DNA of 64,000 bases from an uncultured Acidobacteriota bacterium (GTDB lineage Bacteria; Acidobacteriota; Thermoanaerobaculia; UBA5066; Gp7-AA6). The notes under the pieces were generated by a model that was not told the DNA's origin, made no database searches, and worked only from the letters and a program-made list of their open reading frames with translations. The DNA lies in contig CAVTON010000002.1 in the NCBI GenBank assembly GCA_963736455.1, positions 1,112,620 to 1,176,619 on the forward strand, given 5' to 3'. Shown piece by piece: positions 39,917-50,846 of this stretch (position 1 is the first letter of the stretch; each line of letters begins with the position of its first letter). The position numbers were made by a program, and so were the translations under genes.

Positions 39917-42075
39917 AGGCGACCCGGCGGCAATTCCTGCGGGCCGGTGCGCTCGGCGGGGCGGCGCTCGTCCTGCGCGTTCCGCTCTTCGCCGAGGGCG
40001 CGGGAGCCGCGGCGCCCTCGCCGTTTTCGCCCAATCAGTGGCTGCGGGTCGGCGCCGACGGGAGCATCACGGCGGTCGTCGCCCGCTCGGAGATGGGGCA
40101 GGGCGTCCGAACCTCGCTCGCCATGATCCTCGCCGAGGAGCTCGAGGTGGACTGGAAGGCGGTCGCCATCGACCAGGCGATGCCCGGTCCCGACTACTCG
40201 CGGATGAGCACGGGAGGAAGCGGAAGCGTCGAGGGCTCCTGGAAGATGCTCCGCCAGGCCGGCGCGGCCGCCCGCGAGATGCTGGTGGAGGCGGCGGCCC
40301 GGCGCTGGCGCGTGGCGGCTTCCGAGTGCCAGGCCGGCCACGGCAAGGTTCGCCACGGCCCGACCGGGCGCGAGCTCGCGTACGGCGCGCTCGTCGGGGA
40401 GGCGTCCGCGCTGCCCGTGCCGAAGGATCCGCGCCTCAAGGACCCGAAAGACTTCCGCCTGGTCGGCACCCGCGTGCCGCGCGTGGACGGTCCGCAGATC
40501 GTGCGGGGACGCGCCGCGTACGGTCTCGATACGCGAGTCCCCGGCATGCTCTATGCCGCGATCGAGCGCTCGCCGCTGCCGGGCGGAAGGCTCGTCCGGT
40601 TCGACCAGGCGGCGGCCCGGGCGGTGCCCGGCGTCCGCGACGTCGTGGAGGTCGACGGCGCCGTGGCCGTCCTCGCCGACGACACCTTCTCGGCGTTCGC
40701 CGGGCGGGACGCGCTCAAGGCGCAGTGCGACGACGGTCCCGCCGCGGGTCTCGACTCGGCGGAGCTCTGGCGGCGCCTCGACGAAGCCGCCGATCGGGCC
40801 GGCAAGGTGTCGCGCCGGTCGGGTGACGCGGGGACCGCGCTCGCGACGGCGGCGACGCGGATGTCCGCGACCTATCGGACGCCCTTCCAGGCCCACGCCG
40901 CGCTGGAGCCGGGCAACGCGACCGCGCGACCGACGGAAAACGGCGGCTGCGAGATCTGGGCGCCGACGCAGAACCCTCAGCGCGTCCAGCGCGAGGCCGC
41001 GAAGCATCTCGGCGTGGACCCGTCCCGCGTCGCGGTCCACGTCACGCTGCTCGGCGGAGGCTTCGGGCGCCGGCTCGACGCGGACTATGCGGTCGAGGCC
41101 GCCGCCGTGGCCAGAGCGGCGAAGCGCCCGATCCAGGTCGTCTGGTCGCGTCCCGATGACTTTCTGCGCGATCGCCTGCATCCGGCCGCGCGCGTCGACG
41201 TCGCCGGCGGCCTCGACGCGTCGGGCCGGCTCGTCGCCTGGACGCACCACGCCACGACGTTCCACCTCTCGATGTTCGGGGCCTACAAGGCCGATGAGGA
41301 TCCCGAGGGCAACCCCTGGGGCGGATACGACAATCCCTACGACATTCCCAACATCGCGGTGGCATGGAGCGAGATCGAGTCGCCGATCCCGACGGGGGCC
41401 TGGCGCTCCGTCTACTATCCGGCCAACGTCTTCGCGCGCGAGAGCTTTCTCGACGAGCTCGCCGGGCGCGCCGGAGAGGACCCCCTCGCCTTCCGACTGG
41501 CGATGCTCGGAGGATCGGCGCCGGCGGCCGTCGGCAGGCAGCGGTTCGATCGGCCGGGCCTCGCCCGGGTGCTGGGCCTCGCGGCGGAGAAGGCCGGCTG
41601 GGGATCGCCGGCGCCGCAGCGCGCCGGACGGCGCTCCGGCCGCGGGCTCGCGTGCAACGTGTACGACGGCGGCACCCTCATCGCCCAGGTCGCCGACGTC
41701 TCGGTCGGGAGCGGCGGAGACGTCGTCGTCCATCGGGTCGTGACCGCCGTCGACTGCGGCCGCGCCGTCAATCCCCTCGGCGTCGAAGGGCAGATCGAGA
41801 GCGGCGTTCTCTGGGGTCTCTCCTATGCGCTCAAGGGCGAGGTCACGATTTCCGGCGGACGGGTGGTCCAGACGGGCTTCGCCGAATATCCGCTGATGAC
41901 GCTCGCGGAGACGCCCGATCTGGAGACCCTCATCGTCCCCACCGAAGGCGGCGCGCCCACGGGAATGGGTGAGATCCCGGTGCCGTGCGTGGCCCCGGCG
42001 GTCGGAAACGCGCTCTACGACGCGACGAAGAAACGGATCCGGCGCCTGCCCGTCCGTCCGGCCGAGCTTTCCTGA
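39913..42075 (+). CDS. Molybdo-hydroxylase large subunit, Tat-exported (IorB/xanthine dehydrogenase family)
   Basis: ATGA overlap with the small subunit. Tat motif RRQFLRAGALGGAALV. MoCo-binding domains (GGGFGRR). Confidence 0.85.
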   Translation: MKATRRQFLRAGALGGAALVLRVPLFAEGAGAAAPSPFSPNQWLRVGADGSITAVVARSEMGQGVRTSLAMILAEELEVDWKAVAIDQAMPGPDYSRMSTGGSGSVEGSWKMLRQAGAAAREMLVEAAARRWRVAASECQAGHGKVRHGPTGRELAYGALVGEASALPVPKDPRLKDPKDFRLVGTRVPRVDGPQIVRGRAAYGLDTRVPGMLYAAIERSPLPGGRLVRFDQAAARAVPGVRDVVEVDGAVAVLADDTFSAFAGRDALKAQCDDGPAAGLDSAELWRRLDEAADRAGKVSRRSGDAGTALATAATRMSATYRTPFQAHAALEPGNATARPTENGGCEIWAPTQNPQRVQREAAKHLGVDPSRVAVHVTLLGGGFGRRLDADYAVEAAAVARAAKRPIQVVWSRPDDFLRDRLHPAARVDVAGGLDASGRLVAWTHHATTFHLSMFGAYKADEDPEGNPWGGYDNPYDIPNIAVAWSEIESPIPTGAWRSVYYPANVFARESFLDELAGRAGEDPLAFRLAMLGGSAPAAVGRQRFDRPGLARVLGLAAEKAGWGSPAPQRAGRRSGRGLACNVYDGGTLIAQVADVSVGSGGDVVVHRVVTAVDCGRAVNPLGVEGQIESGVLWGLSYALKGEVTISGGRVVQTGFAEYPLMTLAETPDLETLIVPTEGGAPTGMGEIPVPCVAPAVGNALYDATKKRIRRLPVRPAELS

Positions 42076-42079
42076 GCTC

Positions 42080-45049
42080 CTAGGAAGCGCGCAGAATCCG
42101 CGCGGCGTCCGCGCGCGCCGCTCGGAGCCCGCCGAGGTCCAGCGGAATTCGGAGGCGGACCTCGCAGCCTCCCTCCGGAGCGCCGACGAGCGCGAGATCG
42201 TGCGCGCCCGGGTAGAGCGCCTCCAGGCGGCGGCGCGTGTTGGCCAGTCCGATTCCCGGCGAAACGCTCTCGCCCTTGAGGCCCGGCCCGTTGTCGCGGA
42301 GAGCGAGCAGGAGCGATCCGCCGTCGGCATGCGCCGAGATGCAGATGCGGCCGCGTCCGCCGCGCCGCAGGAGGCCGTGCTTGATCGCGTTCTCGGCCAG
42401 CGGCTGCAGGAGAAACGTCGGCACCCGGGCGGCGTTGACCGCGGGATCCACGTCGAGCGCGATCTCGAGGCGGTCCCGGAAGCGGACCTTCTCGATCTCG
42501 AGATACTTGTCGAGGATGACGAGCTCCTCCTCGAGGGGCACGAGCGGCGTCTCCTCGGAGCGCAGCGAGAGGCGCAGCAGCTCGCCGAGGCGAACCACCA
42601 TGCAGCGGGCGCGCTCGGGGTCCTTGCCAATCAGGGGAAGGATGCTGTTGAGCGTGTTGAACAGGAAGTGCGGCCGCAGCTGGAACTGCAGTGCGTCGAG
42701 CTGCGCCTCGACCAGCGAAGTCCGTAGCCTCTCCTTCGTCTCGAGACGCCGCACGCGAAGGCGGTACGCGCCGGCCGCCGAGGCGGCCAGCGCGAGGAGA
42801 ACGGCGATGCGGAACCCGGTCGTCTGCCAGAGGTGCCGGGCGATGACGACATCCAGCGAAGCGCCCGCCGGGCTCCAGATTCCGTCCTCGTTGGCCGCGA
42901 CGACGTGGAACCGATAGTGCCCCGGAGGGAGGTTGGTGTAGTAGGCGGTGCGGCGCGGCCCGGCGTCGATCCAGCCGCGATCGAACCCCTCGAGGCGGAA
43001 ACGAAAGCGCACGGCGAGCGGGTTGCGGAACGACAGCGCCGTGTAGCCGAGCTCGAGCCGGTCGGTGCCGGGGGGCAGGCGGAGCGGCTCGCCGACGCGC
43101 ATCTTCGCACCGTCGGCCACGACCTGCTCGAGGACGACCGCCGGAGCGAGCCGATTCAGCTCGATCCGCGCCGGGTCGGCCATGGCCAGGCCCTTGATGG
43201 TCGCGAACCACAGGCGGCCGTCACGGCTCCGCCAGCCGCCGTGCTGTGTTCCGTTGCACTCGGCCGGGATCATGCGCGCGGCCGTTCCGAAGGTTACGCG
43301 ATCGGTGATCCGCGACGCCGAACGGCCCGCGGCCTCGAGCTCTCCGAGCGAGACCCGGAAGACTCCGCTGTTGGAGGTCAGCCAGAGATAGCCGCGGCCG
43401 TCCTCCAGGACTCGCTGCGGCGCGTCGTGGAAGAGACCCTCCTTCTGGCGATACGTCGTGAATCGCCCGTCGCGGTAGCGGGACAGGCCTCCACGCGTCG
43501 CGAACCAGTACGTCCCGTCGGCGCCCTGAAAGGTGGACATGACGACGTTGTGCGCGAGACCGTCGCGGGTCGTGAACGTCCGAAAGCGGCCTCCGGAGTA
43601 GCGGGTGACTCCGCCTCCGACCGTCCCGATCCAGATCGCGCCCTCACGATCCTCGAAGAGGGAGAAGATCGAATCGGATCCGAGGCCGTCGCGGGCGCGA
43701 AAGTTGACGAACCGGCCGGCTTCGAAGCGGCTGACTCCCGCCGCCACCGTCGCGACCCACACGGCCCCGCCCCGATCCACCAGCACGGACACGACTCCGT
43801 TTCCGGCGAGGCCGTCCCGGGACGTGTAGTGCGACAGCCGCGGCCCGTCGAGCCGGTAGAGCCCGGAGCCCTTCGTGCCGACCCAGAGCGCGCCGCGGGA
43901 GTCTTCCGCGATCGCCGAAACGGCATCGTCGAACCTCGTGTACGGCTCGAAGCGCTCGTGTCCCGGCAGGCGGCGATTGAGCACGCCGTCGGCGGTGCCG
44001 GCCCAGAGCGTGCCGCGGCTGTCCTCGAAGACCGACCAGAGCTTGTCCTCGGAGAGCCCGTCGCGGGACGTGTCGAAGACGATGCGCTGCTTCTTGATCC
44101 GGTCGAGGCCTCCGTCGGTCGTGCCCACCCACAGGCTGCCCTCGCGATCCTCCTGGAGCGCGAGGACGCGATCGCTCGACAGCCCGTCTTCGACGCCGTG
44201 CCGCTGGAATCGCCCGTCGCGGAACCGAAACAGGCCGCCGTCGGTCCCGACCCAGAGGCTTCCGTCGCGGTCGCGGAAGAGCGCGTGGATGGAGTCGTTC
44301 GACAGACCGGCGCCCCCGCCGAGCAGCGTGAGCTCATCCCCGTCGATGCGGGCGAGGCCGCGGCCCGTGCCGACCCAGACTCCGCCGTTGGGGTCCGCCA
44401 GCAGCGCGAAGGCGCCGCCGGGAAAGCCATCCGCCGGGCCCCACGCGGCGAAGCGCTCGCCGTCCCATCGCGAGGCGCCCCAGTGGCCGCCGATCCACAG
44501 GCCTCCGCGCCCGTCCTCGCCGATCGCCGCGACGCGGCCCGGAACGCCCTCGCAATCCCCGTACGTCTCCGCGCGATCGCCCTCGAGCCGGGTCACGCCG
44601 AGGGTGGATCCCACCCAGAGCGCGCCCCCACGGTCTTCGTAGAGCGCGCCGACCCTCGCATGGTCGATCCCTCCGGTGCGGACCGCTTCGAACTCTCCGC
44701 GCCGAAGGCGGACGAGTCCGGAGCTCGTCCCGATCCAGAGCGTTCCGTCGCGTGACTCGGCCAGCGCCTGGACCCAGTCGTCCGAGAGGGCCGGAGTGTT
44801 TCGCGTGTCGAAGATGGTGAAGCGAACGCCGTCGAACCGGACGAGACCCTCCTGGGTTCCGAGCCAGAGATAACCGTCGCGGGTCTGGACGATGGCGCTC
44901 ACCGAGTTCTGCGGCAATCCGGAGTCGCTCGTCCAGACGTCGTGGCCGTATTGCGAGAGCGGGATCGAAGGGTCCAGGCCGCGGGCCGCCGACCCGGCGA
45001 GGACGGCCGCCACGAGCGCGCAAAGCAGTCGGGATCCCCGGGCCAACAC
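42080..45049 (-). CDS. Sensor histidine kinase with periplasmic two-component-regulator propeller repeats, Y_Y_Y domain and LytS-type transmitter
   Basis: Signal peptide, many GLxxNxVxxI/WVGT propeller repeats, a TM helix, LRPHFLFNTLN (His_kinase PF06580-like) and an HATPase. No REC domain. Confidence 0.8.
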   Translation of the reverse strand: MLARGSRLLCALVAAVLAGSAARGLDPSIPLSQYGHDVWTSDSGLPQNSVSAIVQTRDGYLWLGTQEGLVRFDGVRFTIFDTRNTPALSDDWVQALAESRDGTLWIGTSSGLVRLRRGEFEAVRTGGIDHARVGALYEDRGGALWVGSTLGVTRLEGDRAETYGDCEGVPGRVAAIGEDGRGGLWIGGHWGASRWDGERFAAWGPADGFPGGAFALLADPNGGVWVGTGRGLARIDGDELTLLGGGAGLSNDSIHALFRDRDGSLWVGTDGGLFRFRDGRFQRHGVEDGLSSDRVLALQEDREGSLWVGTTDGGLDRIKKQRIVFDTSRDGLSEDKLWSVFEDSRGTLWAGTADGVLNRRLPGHERFEPYTRFDDAVSAIAEDSRGALWVGTKGSGLYRLDGPRLSHYTSRDGLAGNGVVSVLVDRGGAVWVATVAAGVSRFEAGRFVNFRARDGLGSDSIFSLFEDREGAIWIGTVGGGVTRYSGGRFRTFTTRDGLAHNVVMSTFQGADGTYWFATRGGLSRYRDGRFTTYRQKEGLFHDAPQRVLEDGRGYLWLTSNSGVFRVSLGELEAAGRSASRITDRVTFGTAARMIPAECNGTQHGGWRSRDGRLWFATIKGLAMADPARIELNRLAPAVVLEQVVADGAKMRVGEPLRLPPGTDRLELGYTALSFRNPLAVRFRFRLEGFDRGWIDAGPRRTAYYTNLPPGHYRFHVVAANEDGIWSPAGASLDVVIARHLWQTTGFRIAVLLALAASAAGAYRLRVRRLETKERLRTSLVEAQLDALQFQLRPHFLFNTLNSILPLIGKDPERARCMVVRLGELLRLSLRSEETPLVPLEEELVILDKYLEIEKVRFRDRLEIALDVDPAVNAARVPTFLLQPLAENAIKHGLLRRGGRGRICISAHADGGSLLLALRDNGPGLKGESVSPGIGLANTRRRLEALYPGAHDLALVGAPEGGCEVRLRIPLDLGGLRAARADAARILRAS

Positions 45050-45154
45050 GTCCGAGAAGACCCCAGGATCGTCCCGGGCTCAATCCTTCCGGGATGGAGG
45101 GCTACGCAACGCGGACGAACGGCGGCGCGCCCGGGACGAGATCCTCCCCGGCCG

Positions 45155-46471
45155 TCACGCGGGCAGCCGCAGCCGCGCGATGCAGCCGTGGTGGCCGTGG
45201 CGGCTCTCGAGGGCGAACGTTCCCCCGTGCGCTTCGGCGATCTGCCGGGAGAGGACGAGGCCGATCCCCGAGCCGCCCGGTTTCGTGGTGAAGAAGGGCA
45301 CGAAGAGGTTGGAGGTGTTCGGCATGCCGGGCCCGTCGTCGGCGACCCAGATCTCGACGGATCCCGAAGCGCGCCTCCATCCGATCGCGACGCCGCCCTG
45401 CGTCTCGAGCGCGGCATCCACGGCGTTGCGCGCGACGTTGATCAGGAGCTGCTCGAGCTGGTCGGCGTCGGCCGAGATCACGAGCGCCGGTCCGGGGATG
45501 ACCCCGACGGCGAGGCGCGTCTCGAGTCCGGCCACGCGGCGCACGAGCGGTTCGAGAGCGACCGGCGCGAGCCGGGGAGGCGGCAGCTTCGCCAGGCGCG
45601 TGTATGCCGTCGTGAAGCGCGACAAGGCCTCCGCGCGGGAGGCGATGACGGTCAGGCCCTGCCGCAGGTCGGCGCGCCAGTCGGCCGGCGGGTGCTCGTC
45701 GGCGGCGAGCCTCTGGAGGCTGCCCGCAATCGACTGAATCGGCGCGAGCGAGTTGTTGAGCTCGTGGCCGAGCACGCGGATCAGGCGCTGCCAGGCCTGG
45801 CGCTCTTCTTCGCGGAGCGGGCGGCTGACGTCCGCGAGCACGAGCAGCGTGTGCGGAGCGCCCTCGAGGCGGAATGCGCTCTGGCGGATCTCCCAGCGCC
45901 CGGCCCCTCCGGGAAACGTGGCCTCCAGAATCCGCGGGGCGTCGGGCTCGAGGAACGCGGCGAGGCCGAGCTCGGCGGCCCTGCGCCCGCGAAGGCGCGG
46001 CTCGGGTTGCCCGAGGAGGCGCTCTCCGAACCGGTTGACGAGCCGGAGCAGCCCCGCCTCATCGAACGCGAAGACCGCCACCTCGATCTCGGCCATCACG
46101 CGCGAGAGCAGCGCCGTGGCTTCGAGCGCTCCGAGACGCTGTTCGCGGAGCGTTTCGGCCAGGGCGTTGACCTCGATGAACACCTCTCCGAGGGCGTCGT
46201 CCGGCCGCGCGCCGCGCGCCCGGATCGAGAAGTCCTCCTCGCGCATGGCCGCGAGAATGTTGGAGACGGTCTGGAGCGGGCGAATCACGCGCTCGCGCAG
46301 CGCCTGGACGAAGGCGAGCCACGCGAGCACGACGAAGACGGTCAGCGTCCAGCGCACCTTGGACGAGTAGTCGCCGGCCCACAGGATGCCGAGCGACACG
46401 GCGACCGCGGGCAGGGCGGCGGCCGCGGCCAGCAGGACGATCCGCCGATCGTGCGTCAGCGGCTTGCGCAC
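45155..46471 (-). CDS. Sensor histidine kinase (NtrB/AtoS-like; HAMP-HisKA-HATPase)
   Basis: GTG start. Two TM helices, HELNNSL (H-box), DDGPGMP, GGSGIGL. Confidence 0.8.
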   Translation of the reverse strand: MRKPLTHDRRIVLLAAAAALPAVAVSLGILWAGDYSSKVRWTLTVFVVLAWLAFVQALRERVIRPLQTVSNILAAMREEDFSIRARGARPDDALGEVFIEVNALAETLREQRLGALEATALLSRVMAEIEVAVFAFDEAGLLRLVNRFGERLLGQPEPRLRGRRAAELGLAAFLEPDAPRILEATFPGGAGRWEIRQSAFRLEGAPHTLLVLADVSRPLREEERQAWQRLIRVLGHELNNSLAPIQSIAGSLQRLAADEHPPADWRADLRQGLTVIASRAEALSRFTTAYTRLAKLPPPRLAPVALEPLVRRVAGLETRLAVGVIPGPALVISADADQLEQLLINVARNAVDAALETQGGVAIGWRRASGSVEIWVADDGPGMPNTSNLFVPFFTTKPGGSGIGLVLSRQIAEAHGGTFALESRHGHHGCIARLRLPA

Positions 46472-46475
46472 GGTC

Positions 46476-47831
46476 CTACTGTCCGTGCTTCTCGAGCCGG
46501 CGGTAGAGGGCGCTGCGGGAGATGCCGAGAGCCCGGGCGGCGTGGCTCACGTTGCCGGCGTAGCGCTCCATGGCCTTTCGGACGAGCAGGCCTTCGACCT
46601 GCTCGAGGGAGAGCTCGTCGAGGCGGGCCCCGTCGCCCCCGCGCCGCAGCGCCAGGTCGGCCGCGCGGATGCGATCTCCCGAAGCCATGAGCACCGCGCG
46701 CTCCACGGCATGATCGAGCTCGCGGACGTTTCCGGGCCATGGATGCGCGAGAAGCGCGTCGAGGGCGGCCGCCTCGAAGCCTCCGATCGGCTTGCGGTAT
46801 CGCCGCGCGTGCGCCGCGAGGAAGTGGCTCGCGAGCGCCGGGATGTCCTCGCGCCGCTCGCGCAGGGGGGGAATCGGGATCTCGATCGTGTTCAGGCGAA
46901 AGAGGAGGTCCTGGCGGAATCGTCCGGCCGCCACATCGCCGCGCAGGTCGGCGTTGGTGGCCGACAGGATCCGCACGTCGGAGCGGATCGTCCGGGAGGA
47001 GCCGACGCGCTCGAATTCGCCGGTCTCGAGGACGCGCAGGAGCTTGCCCTGCTGCGAGGCGGGGACGTTGCCGATCTCGTCGAGGAAGAGCGTTCCTCCC
47101 TGGGCGAGCTCGAAGCGGCCGACGCGATCGGCGCGCGCGTCGGTGAAGGCGCCCTTGACGTGGCCGAAGAGCTCGCTTTCGAAGACGCCCTCGGAGATGC
47201 CTCCGGCGTTCAGCGTGACGAACGGCCGGCCGGCGCGCGGGGAGGCGGCGTGGAGCGCACGGGCGACGACCGCCTTGCCGCTGCCGTTCTCGCCCATGAT
47301 CAGCACGTTCGCGTCCGACGGGCCGACGCGCGCGATCACGTCGAGCACGGGGCGCATCGCCGGCGACGCGGCGATCATCGCGGGCTCGCCTTCGTGCCGC
47401 AGCAGGCGGTTCTCGGCCTCGAGCCTCTCTCCGTGCCGGAGAGCGCGGCCGAGGGCGACCTGGGTCCGGAGCGTCGCGAGCAGGCGGGCGTTGTCCCACG
47501 GCTTCTGGACGAAGTCGCGCGCTCCGCGTCGCATCGCCTCGACGGCCAGGTCCACGGTGCCCCAGGCCGTCATCACGAGCACGGGAAGGTGCGGATCGAG
47601 CTCCCGGATCCTCCCGAGCAGGTCGAGCCCTTCCTGGCCGGACGTCGTGTCGCGCGCGTAGTTCAGGTCGATCAGCACCGCGTCGAAGTCGCGAGCCTCG
47701 AGCGCGGCGAGGGCGCCCGCGGGCGAGGAGGCCGTCTCGCTTTCGAGTCCCTCTCCCTTGAGCAGGAGACGCAGGGCCTCGAGCACGTCCTTCTGGTCGT
47801 CCGCGATCAGGACGCGGGCGGCGCCCCTCAC
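46476..47831 (-). CDS. Sigma-54-dependent Fis-family response regulator (NtrC-like)
   Basis: REC domain (LIADDQ...DLNY), AAA+ domain with GESGTGK-like GENGSGKAV and GAFTDA, ELFGH, and a C-terminal HTH. Confidence 0.85.
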   Translation of the reverse strand: MRGAARVLIADDQKDVLEALRLLLKGEGLESETASSPAGALAALEARDFDAVLIDLNYARDTTSGQEGLDLLGRIRELDPHLPVLVMTAWGTVDLAVEAMRRGARDFVQKPWDNARLLATLRTQVALGRALRHGERLEAENRLLRHEGEPAMIAASPAMRPVLDVIARVGPSDANVLIMGENGSGKAVVARALHAASPRAGRPFVTLNAGGISEGVFESELFGHVKGAFTDARADRVGRFELAQGGTLFLDEIGNVPASQQGKLLRVLETGEFERVGSSRTIRSDVRILSATNADLRGDVAAGRFRQDLLFRLNTIEIPIPPLRERREDIPALASHFLAAHARRYRKPIGGFEAAALDALLAHPWPGNVRELDHAVERAVLMASGDRIRAADLALRRGGDGARLDELSLEQVEGLLVRKAMERYAGNVSHAARALGISRSALYRRLEKHGQ

Positions 47832-47844
47832 GGCCTGCGCCGCC

Positions 47845-48261
47845 TCACCGCGGCCGGAAATCGAGGGCCGCGGAGTTCATGCAATAGCGCAGGCCGGTCG
47901 GCTCCGGCCCGTCGTCGAACACGTGGCCGAGGTGCGATTCGCAGAGCCGGCAGACGACCTCGGTGCGCGCCATGTACAGGCTCTTGTCGGCGTGCGTGCG
48001 CACGCTCTCGGAGCCGGCCGGCTCGGAGAAGCTCGGCCAGCCCGTTCCCGAATCGAACTTCGCCTGGGACCCGAACAGAGGATTGCCGCAGCCCGCGCAG
48101 ACATAGACGCCGGCCGCGTGATGGTTCCAGTACTTGCCCGTGAAGGCGCGCTCGGTGCCCTTCTCGCGCAGGATCCGGTACTGCTCCGGCGTCAGCGCCG
48201 CCTTCCACTCCTCGTCCGCCTTCCGGACCGGAGAGGCGGGCTGGCCCTTTTCCTCCGCCAT
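47845..48261 (-). CDS. msrB: Peptide-methionine (R)-S-oxide reductase
   Basis: CAGCGNPLF...CRLCESHLGHVF (zinc site) and RYCMNSAAL (catalytic Cys, not Sec). Confidence 0.9.
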   Translation of the reverse strand: MAEEKGQPASPVRKADEEWKAALTPEQYRILREKGTERAFTGKYWNHHAAGVYVCAGCGNPLFGSQAKFDSGTGWPSFSEPAGSESVRTHADKSLYMARTEVVCRLCESHLGHVFDDGPEPTGLRYCMNSAALDFRPR

Positions 48262-48283
48262 GGCCGGGAATCTACCACCGAGG

Positions 48284-48319
48284 GGGCCGGGGGGCGGCCC
48301 CTACTCGCTCCGGAGCGAG
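48284..48319. terminator. Tandem GC-rich hairpins between the permease array and msrB (candidate terminator without a U-tract)
   Basis: GGGGCCG-GGGG-CGGCCCC (48284-48301), followed by the 8-bp palindrome CTCGCTCC/GGAGCGAG (48304-48319). Confidence 0.25.
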
Positions 48320-48408
48320 GGTGAGTGCGGGGATCGGCGCCCGGACGACGATCCGGGTCGGGCGCATCGATGGCGAAGGTCGAGGCGAGCCGGTTCATCG
48401 TGGCGGCC

Positions 48409-50836
48409 TCATTCCGAACCGAGGGCGACCCGCGGGTCGAGGCGAGACGCTCGCCGCGCCGGAAGCCAGTGCGCGGCCCCTGCCACTGCGGCGAGCAGTG
48501 CGGCGGCGCCCGCGAGCGCCACGGGGTCTCCGGGGCTGACTTCGTAGAGGACAGAGCGCAGGAGACGTGTCAGGGCGAGCGCGGCCAGGACGCCGCCGCC
48601 CAGTCCGGCGGCCACGGTCCCGGCGCCGCGGACGAGGACCAGACGGACGATGTCGCCGGGCCGCGCGCCGAGCGCGGTCCGGATCCCGAACTCGCGCCGC
48701 CGCCGCGCGACCCCGTGCGCGACGACGCCGTAGAGGCCGACCGAAGCGATGAGCAGGGCGATACCGGCGAAGCCCCCGAGCAATCGCATCACGAAGACAC
48801 GCGGCGCCGCCGACTTCCTCACGAGGTCTTCCATCGTGGACACCGCGTAGACGGGAACCGAGGGATCGAGGCCGCGCAGTGAGGCAATGAGCGACGGCGC
48901 GAGCCGCTCCGGGTGCGGCGTCCGGGACCGGACGACGAGCGTCAGCATTCCGTCGACGAACTGAGGCTGGGGCAGGTACATCTGGGGAGTCGGCGCTTGC
49001 GCCACGTCGCGGTGTCGAACGTCGCCCGCGATGCCGACGATCGTCCGCCAGGGACCGTTGTCGGGGTCGCCGATCCGTACGCGCTCTCCGATCGGATCGC
49101 GGCCCGAAAAGAGAGACCGGGCGGTCGTCTCCGAAACGATCATGACCGGGAGGGAATCGGCGCGGTCCGCTTCGGTGAAGAGACGTCCGCGAAGGAGCCG
49201 AACGCCCATCGCCGCGAAGTATCCGGGCGTCACAGAGTAGCGCTCGACGGCCGGGTCTTCCGCCGTGTTCGCCTTCGAGTGGCCTTCGACGTGGAAGCCG
49301 AAGGAATCTCCGTTGCCGCCGAGGGGAATCTGGCCGGCGAAACCGGCCGCCGCGACCTCGCCGTGGGATCGGACCTGCTCCAGGGCGCGCCGCTGGTAGT
49401 CGAGCACGGCGGCCTCCTGCTCGTAGGCAGGCCCGCTCAGAGAGACCGCGAGCGTCAGCACGCGGTCCGGAACGAAACCGAACGGCGTGTCGAGGAGCCG
49501 CGTCAGGCTCCGGATCATCAGCAGGGCGCCGGCGACGAGGACAACCCCGATGGCCAGGTCGGCGCCGACGAGCCAGCGTCGGGATCGCGCCGCGTCGGCC
49601 CCGGAGCTCGATCTCGACGCCGAGGCCAGGGCGCGCGGCAGCCAGGCCGACGAGGTCTGGAGCGCGGGAACGATTCCGGCCACGAGCGCGGCCCCGAGGG
49701 AGAGGATCGTCGCGAAGGCGACGACACGGACGTCGACGGCCGCGTCCCCGAGGCGGGGAAGTGCGATCGGGGCGAGCCTCAGGAGAGCGGTGTGGAGGAG
49801 CGCGGCGAGGGCGAGCCCGAGGGCGCCGCCGGCGCCTCCGAGGACGAGGCTCTCGACGAGGAGCTGGCGGATCAACCGGCCGCGGCTCGCGCCGAGCGCG
49901 CCGCGGATCGCCATCTCGTGGGCCCGCGTCACGCCGCGCGCGAGCATGAGGTTGGCGACGTTCGCGCAGGCCGCCAGCAGGACGAAGCCGACCGCGCCGA
50001 GCAGGACGAGCAACGGCACGCGGGCTCCGGCCGTCAATTCATTCCAGAGCGGCGTTACCGTGAACTCCCCGACCGGGTAGTCGCGGGGATACTGCGCGGC
50101 CAGCCGGCCGCGGATCCGATCCAGGTCCGCCTCGGCCCGGGCGATGGACACGCCGGGAGCCAGCTGACCGATGGCCTTGAGGTGCTCGCAGCTCCGGCAG
50201 GCGTACGGACAGTCCGCGCCGATACCCGACGGGTGCCCAGAGCTGCGCGTCCTGGTAGTAGCGCGCCGAGAGCAGGTCGCGAAACTCTTTCGGCAGCACG
50301 CCGACGACGCGGAAGTCCTCGCCGTTTAGGCGGACGGACCGGCCGACGATCGCGGGGTCGGCGCCGAACCGGCTCCGCCAGAGTGCGTCGCTCAGCAGAA
50401 CCACCTTCCAGGCGTCGGGGTTGTCGTCGTCCTTCGCGATGAACCTGCCGAGAGCCGGCCGGGCGCCGAGCATGGCGAAGTAGTCGGGAGTGACTCGCAG
50501 TGCCGGTAGGCGTTGCCCGCCGTCGGGCGCACTCAGCGTCGGGTACCAGGAACGGATTACGGCCATCCGGGAGAAGGTCCGGTTGTCGTCGCGGACGTCC
50601 TCGAACGTCTCGTAGCCGATGTTGTCCGGCTCCGCGTTCGGCGACCGGTCGCCCAAGCGCACGAGGCGGCCGGCGTCCGGGTAGGGAAGCGGCCGCCACA
50701 GCACCGCATCCACGACGCTGAAGATGCCGGCGTTGGCGGCGATGCCGAGGGCGAAGGTCGCGAGGGCCATCGCCGTGAACCCGGGGCTGCGGCGCAGGGA
50801 GCGGATCGCGGAGCGGACGTCCTGGCCGATCGTCAT
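48409..50836 (-). pseudogene. FtsX/MacB-type duplicated permease disrupted by a 1-nt frameshift near 50214-50222
   Basis: The N-terminal part (ATG 50834-36, MTIGQDVRSAIRSLRRSPGF...LWAPVGY) is in one frame. The C-terminal 580 aa (...CRSCEHLKAIGQLAPGVS...) are in another. An intact paralog has GYDTSLPQSCRSCRHLRAIARL, which fixes the junction to the CGGCGCG run. Confidence 0.6.
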
Positions 50837-50846
50837 CGAAGACTCC

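Noticed and set aside
47845-48261. Possibility that MsrB is a selenoprotein, as in some bacteria
   Set aside because: The catalytic position reads RYCMNSAAL with a Cys codon and there is no in-frame TGA. This is an ordinary Cys-type MsrB.
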